From Octopus sinensis (taxonomy: Eukaryota): 64,000 nucleotides of DNA. Shown here in pieces: positions 53,501-64,000 of the stretch. Under the pieces are notes generated by a model. That model was given only the letters and a program-made list of their open reading frames with translations, made no database searches and was not told the DNA's origin. Within the stretch, counting starts at the first letter, position 1, and every line of letters begins with the position of its first letter. Location of the stretch: positions 68,820,001 to 68,884,000 of the forward strand of contig NC_043002.1 of NCBI RefSeq assembly GCF_006345805.1. Reading direction: 5' to 3'. The position numbers and the translations under genes are program-made.

Positions 53501-54344
53501 AACTACTCAACTACAACAAAATGTGCTTTTTAACTGTAGACATTCCTGCAGGCTGCAATTAAGACATAGAACAGCATTCACAAGTAAATCACCTCTGTTC
53601 TAGGACTGTCATCATCATCATCATCATCATCATTATCTCGTCATTATCATCATTATCCCATCATCATCATCATATGTCCATTTTCCCATGCTTGCATGAG
53701 TTGGACAGAATTTGTTGAGGCAGATTTTTTATGACTGGATGTCCTTCCTGTTACCAACACTCACCTGCTTCTAAGCAAGTTAATATTTTCCCATTGCTAG
53801 ACTTTTGTTATTTTAATAGAAGGACTTGTAGGACTTGCTCATTTACAACAATCACATGACTGTCTAGCCCTGAAACATGATTTGAAAGTTTTGTTAAAAT
53901 GGTCTTGATTGAAACAGTATAGTTTTGTTCAATCAGAAATGATCCATGGTCTAATAATACTAATGCTTCCGATTAGTGTAGGATCACATTACATAGTTCA
54001 CTATGTAGTGTCTGGATATGTTTGCTAAGAAAGCTGATGGTTATCTATATAATGGAAATATTGGTTTCTATTCATTATAAAATGGAGGAAAAAAAAATCA
54101 ATCATTTATGATTAAATTAAAGAAATCATCATTTCATTTTCCATTTCATTCTAATGTTCACTTTTCGGAGCTTGTATGGGTCGAATAGAATTTGTTGAGA
54201 TAGATTTTCTATGGCTGGATGCACTTCCTGTTACTGACCCTCCAAGCAAGATAATATTTCTCTATGGCTGAACATGTTTTCACAGAAGATTGGAAGTGAG
54301 AGGCATTTTCTCTATGATAGTGATGCTCATTTACAACTATCTTG

Positions 54345-55412
54345 TTCCCCCTCCCCTCCAGTCTCACAGCATTTCCGCTCCACCGGTCACTCCTTGCAAC
54401 ACCTGTCTGTGTTCGGATTGTCCTTGCACAGAGGCCATCCGGATTCCCGCTTGCGCCGTAAGCAGGGATTAATCTTCTCTCTTCGCTCTTTTACGCCATT
54501 TGGGCTCAACTCTCCCCCTCTTTTCATCTAACCTCCCCCCGACTCCTACTTCTCTTCAGTCCTTCATCTTTTCACCCCTACTCTCTTTCCCTCCTCTTCC
54601 CTTCTTTCCCTTCTTCCCCCTTCCCTCTTCTTCTCTCTTCTTCCCTCTTCCTTTTCTCTCTTTCTCTCTGCTCCCTCACTCCCCTTCTCTCCCCCTCCTC
54701 TCCCTATCACTCCTCTCCTCTCCCCTCCTCCCCTTCCTCTTCTTCCTCCTCCTCCTCACCACCCCACCCCCTCCTCATTTCTCCCCCTCCTCCCCCTCTT
54801 CTCTCCCCCTCTCACTCTCTCCACAACCCCCACTCTCCCCCAACCCCCAGCCGAACCCACACCCCACCTGGGCTTTCCCCACTCTCGCCCCCCACCTCCC
54901 CACAACATCACACCATACGACATTACACATTACATCACAACACACCACCCACCGCACACTGCCCACACACCCATCCCCACATCATTACACCTACACATAC
55001 ATACACATATCACATCACAACACACCACCCACACACCCACACATACATACATACACACGTCCAGACCACCAGCCCTCTTTCACACACACATACTCTCTTA
55101 TACACACACGCACCTTCGTTTTGGAAGTCACTTGACCCTGTTATCTCCCCTACTGTCCCTCTAGCGTCTGACCTCTGACCTCTGCCCGAAGTCGCCTGAA
55201 GTCAGAACGCCATATTAGATCGTTAGCTCCTACACACATTTTTTTCTCTCCTTGTTTTTTTTTCTGTATATCTTTCTGTGGAAGAACGTAGGCTTGAAAC
55301 GTAAAAGACTTGTTCTATTTCTATTCCTGAGCGCCATACTAATACATTTGTTTGTTTGTACTCCACCTGCCTTCGTCTTTTGTTTATTTTCGTAAACCTT
55401 CCCGTTATATAT
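54345..55412 (+). mobile_element. Penelope-like element 3' portion: GIY-YIG endonuclease C-terminus, C-rich 3'UTR, terminal repeat with hammerhead-like motif
   Basis: PVSQHFRSTGHSLQHLSVFGL...RLRRKQGLIFSLRSFTPFGLN* (ends 54531) fits the V..HF...GH...L.V.GL...R..E..WI..L.T..P.GLN pattern of PLE GIY-YIG domains; terminal sequence shared with 37058-37285. Confidence 0.8.
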
Positions 55413-56528
55413 ATATAGGTATAGTGATGTAAACAGGAAAAATAGAACTCAAAATATGAGTATATGTATATTTGTATTAATATTTGGCAGAAGCTGCTAA
55501 ATATTAATATATATATACACATAAGATAGGCTTCTTTCAGTTTCCATCTACCAAATTCACTCACAAGGCTTTGGTCAGCCCAAGACTATAATAGAAGATG
55601 CCCAAAGTGCCATGCAGTGGGACTGAATCCTGAACCATGTAGTTGGAAAGCAAGCTCCTTACCACACAGCCATGCCTGTGCCCTTTATATATATATATAT
55701 ATATGTTTTTTTTTTATTTTCTGTCCACCAGCTCCACTTAAAAGGTTTTGGTCACCTCAGAGCTCTAGAAAAAGACTCTTGCCCAAGATGTCATGCTGTG
55801 GGACTGAACCCTAAACAATGTGACTAGAAAGGAAACTTCTTAACCTTATGCTAAGCCTGTACTTATAAATAATGAATATAAATAGCTAGGATTATTTAAC
55901 TATACTGTGTAGGACTTCAATTAATTTTCTTGAATTTTCTGGTATATTTACGAATTACCATCCTGGTAAATTCAGAGTTTTTTTTTTTTTTGCAGAAATA
56001 TTATACAGATATCTTATACAAATATTATTGTGCCTTTCTCAGAGCTATTAACATCTTATATAAAGAGAAATGATTACAACAAGGAATCGTAGAATTGGCT
56101 CACGGGAAGGTTAAATATGAGTATCAGTAGATGAAAAAAAATTGCAGCAAAGAAACCAGAGTGGCATCAACTTTCAGAATATATGAGTATTTAAGGTTAG
56201 GATTTTCTAGACTATTAACTTTATCTTTAAAGTCTATATTTATAACATGTACATTCATCAGTGGCATAAAAAACATTACTTTTAGTTTAGAAATAAAAGT
56301 TCCTAATTTTGGAATTCAGTCTGAAACTGTGTCTACATATTTAGGAATAACACACCTTATGATGATCTAAGATGAAAGTGATCAAAATGTTATGTAGCTG
56401 TAATTATATGCTATAAAGACTAGGTTAACACTTTATTAAATCATAATCTTATTAACAGCATCATTCCAGACAATCTTGATATTTCCTGGAAAACTACACA
56501 ACATAATAAATAAATAAATAAATAAATT

Positions 56529-56596
<68 letters not shown>

Positions 56597-56597
<1 letters not shown>

Positions 56598-58834
56598 CAT
56601 CATCATCATCATCATCATCATCATTTAACGTCCGCTCTCCATGCTAGCATGGGTTGGACGGTTCAACTGGGGTCTGGGGAGCCCGAAAGCTGCACCAGTC
56701 CAGTCAGATCTGGCAGTGTTTCTACAGCTGGATGCCCTTCCTAACGCCAACCACTCCGAGAGTGTAGTGGGTGATTTTATGTGCCACCGACACAGGTGCC
56801 AGACGAGGCTGACAAACGGCCACGCTCGGATGGTGTTTTTATGTGCCACCGACACAGGTGCCAGACGAGGCTGGCAGACGGCCACGCTCGGATGGTGTTT
56901 TTATGTGCCACCGACACAGGTGCCAGACGAGGCTGGCAGACGGCCACGCTCGGATGGGTTTTTATGTGCCACCGACACAGGTGCCAGACGAGGCTGGCAG
57001 ACGGCCACGCTCGGATGGTGTTTTTATGTGCCACCGACACAGGTGCCAGATGAGGCTGGCAAACGGCCACGATCGGATGGTGCTTGTTACGTGCCCACAG
57101 CACGGAAGCCAGTCGATGCGGTACTGGCTACGGCCACGTTCGGATGGTTTTCTTATGTGCCACGTGCCACCGGCACTGGTACCACAAAGATACAAATTCC
57201 ATTGATGTTCATCTATTTTGATTTGTTTTGATTTGATTTGATTTTCACTTGCCTCAACAGGTCTTCACAAGTGTCACAAGAAGGAAGGTATGCACAGGTG
57301 GACTGACTACGTCCCAGGTAGGGGCCATGGGTTATGGCCTGACTAGTCTTGCCGGGTCTTCGGATGGTGTTTTTATGTGCCACCGACACAGGTGCTAGAT
57401 GAGGCTGGCGAACGGCCACGATCGGATGGTGTTTGTCATGTGCCCACCGCACTGACTACGGCACTGATGGATTTCTTGTGTGCCACAGGCACTGGTACCA
57501 CAAGATACAAATTCCATTGATGTTCATCTATTTTGTCTATTTTGATTTGATTTGATTTGATTTTCACTTGCCTCAACCGGTCTTCACAAGTGTCACAAGA
57601 AGGAAGGAAGGTATGCACAGGTGGACTGACTAGTCTTGCCGGGTCTTCGGAAGGTGTTTTTATGTGCCACCGACACAGGTGCCAGATGAGGCTGGCGAAC
57701 GGCCATGATCGGATGGTGTTTGTTACGTGCCCACAGCACGGAGGCCGGTCGATGCGGAACTGGCTACGGCCATGTTCGGATGGTTCTCATGTGTGCCACC
57801 GGCACTGGTACCACAAAGTGTGTGCCACCGGCACTGGTACCACAAAGATACAGATTCCATTGATGTTCATCTATTTTGATTTGTTTTGATTTGATTTTCA
57901 CTTGCCTCAACAGGTCTTCACAAGTGTCACAAGAAGGAAGGAAGGTATGCACAGGTGGACTGACTACGTCCCAGGTAGGGGCCATGGGTTATGGCCTGAC
58001 TAGTCTTGCCGGGTCTTCGGATGGTGTTTTTATGTGCCACCGACACAGGTGCTAGATGAGGCTTCCCACAGCACGGAGGCCAGTCGATGCGGTACTGGCT
58101 ACGGCCACGTTCGGATGGTTTTCTTGTGTGCCACAGGCACTGGTACCACAAAGATACAAATTCCATTGATGTTCATCTATTTTGATTGATTTTCACTTGC
58201 CTCAGCAGGTCTTCACAAGTGTCACAAGAAGGAAGGTATGCACAGGTGGATCGACTACGTCCCAGGTAGGGGCCACGGGATATGGCCTGACTAGTCCTGC
58301 CGGGTCCTCTCATGCACAGCACACTTCCATAGGACTCGGTCTTCAGTCATTTCCTTGGTGAGACCTAAAGTTCGAAGGTCGTGTTTCACCACCTCGTCCC
58401 AGGTTTTCCTGGGTCTACCTCTTCCACAGGTTCCCTCAACTGCTAGGTTGTAGCACTTTTGCACACAACTATCTTCAGCCATTCTCGTCACATGACCATA
58501 CCAGCGCAGCCGTCTCTCTTGCACACCACAACTGACACTTCTTAGGTTCAACTTTTCTCTCAAAGTACTTACACTCTGACGATTATGAACACTGACATTA
58601 CACATCCATCGGAGCATACTGGCTTCATTTCTTGCAAGCTTACGCATATCCTCAGCTGTCACGGCCCATGTTTCACTACCATGTAGCATGGCTGTACGTA
58701 CACACGCATCATATAGTCTGCCTTTTACTCTTAGCGAGAGACCTTTTGTCACCAGCAGGGGTAAGAGCTCTCTAAACTTTGCCCAGGCTATTCTTACTCT
58801 AGCAGTTACACTTTCAGCACACCCACCCCCGCTA
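56597..58834 (-). mobile_element. 5'-truncated RTE-clade LINE with an intact 181-codon ORF C-terminus (58833-58291) and a tandemly expanded 3'UTR
   Basis: SGGGCAESVTARVRIAWAKFRELLPLL...LHGSETW...RLRWYGHV...GRGRPRKTW...TRQD*; ~1.7-kb 3'UTR ending in (TGA)n. Confidence 0.93.
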
Positions 58835-59176
58835 CATATATAAAAATAATATTCGAGCGAGGTCGTTGCCAGTATCGCTGGACTGGCTCTTGTGCAGGTG
58901 GTACATAAAAAACACTATTTGAGCCTGGCCATTGCCAGAACCGTAGGACTGTCCCTCATGCCAGGTGCACGTAAAAACACCCACTACACTCCCGGAGTGG
59001 TTGGTGTTAGGAAGGGCATCCAGCTGTAGAAACTCTGCCAGATTAGATTGGAGCCTGGTGCAGCCATATGGCTTGCCAGTCCTCAGTCAAATTGTCCAAC
59101 CCATGCCAGCATGGAAAGCGGATGTTAAACGATGATGATGATATATATAAAACTATTTGTTCCATATTTTTCTCAC

Positions 59177-59265
59177 CTGAGAAATAGTTAGCTTGTTCTA
59201 CCATCTCTGGTTTCTTGTGGAATATTCTTTTCTTCTTCAACTTACTTTGGAAATGTGAAAGCCAT
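59177..59265 (-). CDS. Candidate exon of an unidentified minus-strand gene (WLSHFQSKLKKKRIFHKKPEMVEQANYFS; or a 20-nt exon using the internal GTAAGT at 59245)
   Basis: Strong acceptor ttttatttgtatttttttccttctttaag and CAG|GTGAGA donor; one frame is open. No protein family recognised. Confidence 0.3.
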
Positions 59266-61156
59266 CTTAAAGAAGGAAAAAAATACAAATAAAACTAGAT
59301 ACTTGAATTTAGATATATAATTTTCCAAATTAGCATCAGAAAACAAGATATTAGTTGCCTACCCTTGCCTTCCCTGGAAGACATAGTAAAAGAATTGTGT
59401 AATTATTTTCAGAAATTATATTTTGTACCTCATTTAAAAAAAAAATTTAATGCTAGCATATATTTAGTTGTTCTGAAAGTTTAGTTTCTTAAATATATTT
59501 CTGATGTTGAACTATTATTGATTTTTAACATTTCTGACATCAAACCAGAAATTTTGTTGTAAGGCACAGTCGTTTAAATCACACCCCCACCTGAAGCTAC
59601 TGGTACTTGATTAGATGAAAGGCAAAGCAGAATCTAGTGGGATTTCAGCTTAAAATGTAAAGGGATGTGGTTAATTACCCTAAAGCATTTTGTCTATAGA
59701 TTCTGCTATTCACCATTCTTTGATGTTGATAATATTGCCAAATCACAGGAATTCTTTTCAATTCAATAGTTGATTTTTATTTATTTATTTATTTATTTAC
59801 TTACTTACTTGTTTCAGTCATAAGACTGTGGCCATGCTGGGGCACTACCTTGAATACATTTTTGTTTAGTCAAATGAATCAACTGCAGTACTTATTATTT
59901 TTTAAAGCCTGGTATTTATTCTATCAGTCTCTTTTTGCTGAACCACTAAGTTATGGAGGTTTAAACACACCAGCACTGGTTGTCAAGCAGTGGTGGGGAC
60001 AAACACAAAGACACACATGCACACACACAACAGGTTTATTTCGGTTTGCTTCTACGAAATCCACTCACGAGGCATTGGTTGGCTCAAGGTTATAGTAGAA
60101 GACATTTGCTCAGGGTACCATGTGATGGAACTGAACCCAGAACCATGTGGTTGGAAAGCAAGCGTCTTACTGCACAGCCATCCCTACATGCCTACATTTT
60201 TTTCATAGTCAGGATACACAATTTGATGTGTGTCTTTTCACCCTGTTCTTGGAAACAGGGGTACCTGATCTTGAAATGTTATGGGTGATTGAGTGGTATT
60301 CTAACCAAAGAAAATCATCCACTTAATATAATTAAACTTGAGCTATGAACACACATGGTTGTGTGGTTAAGAAGCTCACTTGTAGCTATGTGGTTTTAGG
60401 TTCAGTCCCATAGCATGGCATCTTGGGTAAGTGTCATCTGTTATAGCCCCAAGCTAACGAATGCTCCAATGCCTTGTAAGTGAATTTGGTCGGGGAAATT
60501 GTGTAAAATCCCACATGTGGCATGTCTGTTTGTTTTTGTCCCCAATCCCTTGACACTGGTATTGGTTTGTTTATGTCCTTATAACCTAGCATTTCAGCAA
60601 AAGAAACTGATAGAATAAGTATCAGACTTAAAAATAAATAAATAAATAAATAAATAAGTACTGGGGTTCATTTGTTTTACTAAATACATTAAGGTGACAC
60701 TCCAGCATAGCCACAGTCTAATGAATGAAACAAGTAAAAGATTAAAGAGAGATATGTTGTGCGGGTGGCACGTAAAAAGCACCCACTACACTCACGGAGT
60801 GGTTGGCTTTAGGAAGGGCATCCAGCCGTAGAAACACTGCCAGATTTGACTGGGCCTGATGAAGCCTTCTGGCTTCACAGACACCAGTAGAACCGTCCAA
60901 CCCATGCTAGCATGGAAAACGGACGCTAAACGACGATGATGATGATGATGATGATGATGATGCAGTTACTTTATGGATCCATGGATGTTGTAGGCAATAA
61001 TTCCCCATTTGCTTCTTTTGTTTTAATACATTTTTGGATTGTATATTTTACAATTAAAAATCCTTTCTAATACTGTCATTAGAGTGACGATATAACCTTT
61101 TGATTTTTCAGCTGATATTTTCAGTTACCATGAGATTACTGTATAGTTATTCTATC

Positions 61157-61556
61157 CAGGGCCGGATTAAGACCCATCGAGGCCCTAAGCACTTAAAAGA
61201 TTATGTAATTCAAAATATAAACAGTAACAAACCATAAAATAAATTTTATTCAAAACGAAACAAAACAGTAAGAGGGAAAATAATGTTTATTTTTGTATAC
61301 TTCCATTTTATTTATATTTGAAAAGTTTCCTCCTGTTCTTTTGAATTGCTAAGTCTTTGATCAGCTCCTCAAAATTAATCTTAGGTAACACATCTGCATC
61401 TATACTTAGTAGAGAAAGACATCTCGAATATTATTTTAGCAAGTTTAAAGTGATTTCTTTCATGATGTAAACCATTTACCGTTTCTGTGGTGCCCCCCTC
61501 CTTCCCTTGATGCCCTAAGCACGTGCTTATTTTGCTTAATGGTTAATCCAGCACTG
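61157..61556 (-). mobile_element. Non-autonomous hAT element, copy 2, retaining a transposase C-terminal remnant
   Basis: TIRs CAGGGCCGGATTAA / TTAATCCAGCACTG; TSD ATTCTATC / ATTCTGTC; minus strand reads LSIDADVLPKINFEELIKDLAIQKNRRKLF (hAT C-terminal tail-like). Confidence 0.88.
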
Positions 61557-62410
61557 ATTCTGTCCCATAGAGAAACACATAAACACTGCAGTTCATTTTT
61601 GTAGTTGGAAATCCTTCTTAACACTGGTGATTTCAATATAAAGCAAGAATTTTATCTGTCTCAGTTTCATTGATGGAATCTAGCAAATTAAGTGTTTTCT
61701 CTTGAGTTATAATATAGTAGTAAAGAATTTCTTAGACCTCTTTTTTTGTTGTTTTCAAGTCTTAATTCAAATTATTTAGCTTTAGAAGTAGTTAATAGGA
61801 AACAATTGAAACAGTTTAGAGACTTGATAACAGGAAATGGTAAAGTGAAAGATGACACATATACAAGTGGACATGACTATCAACAAACAATTTTATTTTC
61901 ATACTTAGGGGAAGTTCTACTTCAAGTAATTATGAAATTCAAACAAATAACGGAGGTTTGCAGAGTATTGTCAGACATTTTTATAGACAAATCCGTGTGT
62001 GTGTCTCCACACACACTGAGAATCGTGAAGTTTATATTAAGTAACTCTTGTTCTATATGCATTGACATTATCTGGCTCAGCTTTTCCCTGTTATGTCTCT
62101 GTGTAATCCTTTCTACTTTATATCCTTCTTTACCTCTTTTCTTCTACTTCTTTCTCTTTCTGTCATACTAAACACCATAAACTTAGCATTTGTATCAATA
62201 ACAATACGAAAAAATTTCGAATTGCAAACTCTCTCTCTCTCACCCTATTTCTGTTTACCTCTTGCACATACATATACAATAGCGCATCCTCAACACTGTG
62301 TTATATCAAAATTTTATTCTTACTCAGCCTCCTTTATCATTGATACAATAACCATCACTCTTGAACTTATTGACTTTATATAACATCCTCAAATTAACAA
62401 ATTCTCTTAA

Positions 62411-62617
62411 CCCCTTTGTTATCACATTTCTGTTAAGATGCTCTGTGCTTCAATTAATTTAAAATATAACAAAGAATTTAGTAAAATAACTTAGTTGTCG
62501 TTAAGCTAGTGTTAGGAACATAAATTGAGACTAAGGTTTGGTGGAAGATTTTAATTCAGAACTTTTAAAAACAAGACATTTATACTACAGAACCAGAGCA
62601 GGTTGGTATCAAAATGG
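62411..62617. mobile_element. piggyBac-type MITE
   Basis: TTAA on both sides (62407-62410, 62618-62621); termini CCCTTTGTTATCAC / GGTATCAAAATGG; related reversed copy at ~26555-26760. Confidence 0.6.
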
Positions 62618-64000
62618 TTAACTCACATTCTAATAATACTAATAATGTGTTTGTTGTATACAGTGCTCAGCTGCACTGTCACTTCATCTTGTATCACCCA
62701 CCAGACTCCATATTAACCATGTTTCTCTATTCTTCTCTAGAATATTGCCCTCAGGAACTCCCTCCCAGTCTATGTTTTCCCCACCAGGCACCAATCTGCA
62801 TTAATCCTGTTTAATATTGTACCATACTGTCTGTAATAAGGGATGGCATCTACCATCAGCCATTATCATTCTACCTCTCCTCTCTTCCATCCTGATACCT
62901 GTGTAGCAAGAAATGACACAGGATCTGCCCGCATTCCCTATGAACCCCACTCCTGTCACCCTCTGTTGCTATCCATCATTCTCTCCCTTCCCATTGTGAA
63001 TCTTTGTTGACATCTATTACTGTTACCAACAGAATTTCTGTTGCTATCTACCACTGATGCATGACATCTCTATTGTTATTCTGTCAAGTTGCTTATGCTG
63101 GTTTTCTTTTTAACCTCCTATCAATTACCACTAACCAGCTTCTTCTCCTTTCCCTCCCCACTCTCCTAACATCCCATCATTCTGTTTCCCTCCCTATCAC
63201 TGATAATCATACTCTCTCGTTTTGACACCCTTGATCATTATTCCCTTTCTATTCACATTCTTGATTACTTTTACTTTGAAAAGGATTGAGATTATGAAGA
63301 GTACAGAAGACTACTTGGTCTTGCAGGGAGCAGAGCAATCTCACTGATGTTGGTGCCTCAAAACATGCAACCTATACTCTGTAAAGTGGCTGGTATTTGA
63401 TTGAAGGCATTGTAGAGTAGAGAAGACTCTTTAGTCACACAAATGACCGGATAGCCTCTTTAGTGCTGGTGCCATGATAAGATACACCCAGTATACCCTG
63501 CAAAGTGTTTGCTGTACAGTTGGGCATCAAGCTCTTCCTCAGAAACTATACCCTAAATAGAATGTATGAGCAAAGTGCAGCTCTCTGAGTGGGCAGTAAC
63601 TCCAGATAAAAATTGACTTGGACAGAGATGAACATAGGAAACAGATATTGGTGATAATTATAATGATGAATTGAATTTGGACATGAGCACCACTAACCTC
63701 ACTCAGCTATTTTTATCCTTTAATCTAAGGGAGCCTACAGTGCTTAGTATACTCCCCTATATCCTTTTGGTAAGGGATAAATGTTAACAAAATGAGTAGT
63801 GCAGTCTCATTAGGAGATTTGGGTACATATTGTAGGATGATCTTGTATGAGTCACTTTCAAGAGTGGAACAGTGTCAATTGTCTGTTTAAACAGCAAATG
63901 ACCATCAGGACTGTATAAATTACATATGTATCATTAGCTCATCACATCAGACTTACATTAGATTGTTACATTTTTGTGTTACATAAAAAAAAATTTCAGC

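Noticed and set aside
53470-53550. RanBP2-type zinc finger (MHC-PNC-NNLNYSTTTKC)
   Set aside because: Needs two compensating frameshifts; every real frame hits a stop.
54500-55135. 211-aa Pro/Ser/Leu-rich ORF
   Set aside because: Artefact of the stop-free polypyrimidine tract.
56779-57090. 62-nt direct repeats resembling a CRISPR array (also 36460-36760)
   Set aside because: No unique spacers, no cas genes, eukaryotic context; the units are modules of the RTE 3'UTR.

Overview
AT-rich, repeat-dense eukaryotic DNA. The SINE/LINE families resemble those I associate with Octopus (coleoid cephalopod) genomes; that assignment is inferred, not verified. One gene is clearly supported: a KLHDC4 (kelch domain-containing 4) orthologue on the minus strand, with five coding exons between 12879 and 3862, continuing off the left edge. 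A probable divergent plus-strand gene starts about 870 bp away (22-nt first coding exon, MDDRTTH-), but I could not convincingly find its later exons. The rest is tRNA-derived and LINE-tail-derived SINEs, RTE and CR1 LINE fragments, mariner/hAT/piggyBac-type MITEs, a Helentron-like element and long (TA)n microsatellites. The most notable signal is at least five distinct sequence families of hammerhead-ribozyme-like motifs, most in inverted or fold-back terminal repeats. They include a ~330-bp near-perfect palindrome with an intact-core hammerhead on each strand (28750-29078), a tRNA-head SINE with a hammerhead-like tail (41.1-41.47 kb), and a core-variant motif physically linked to a Penelope-like GIY-YIG ORF remnant (54.3-55.4 kb). 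None of these has been tested for activity.
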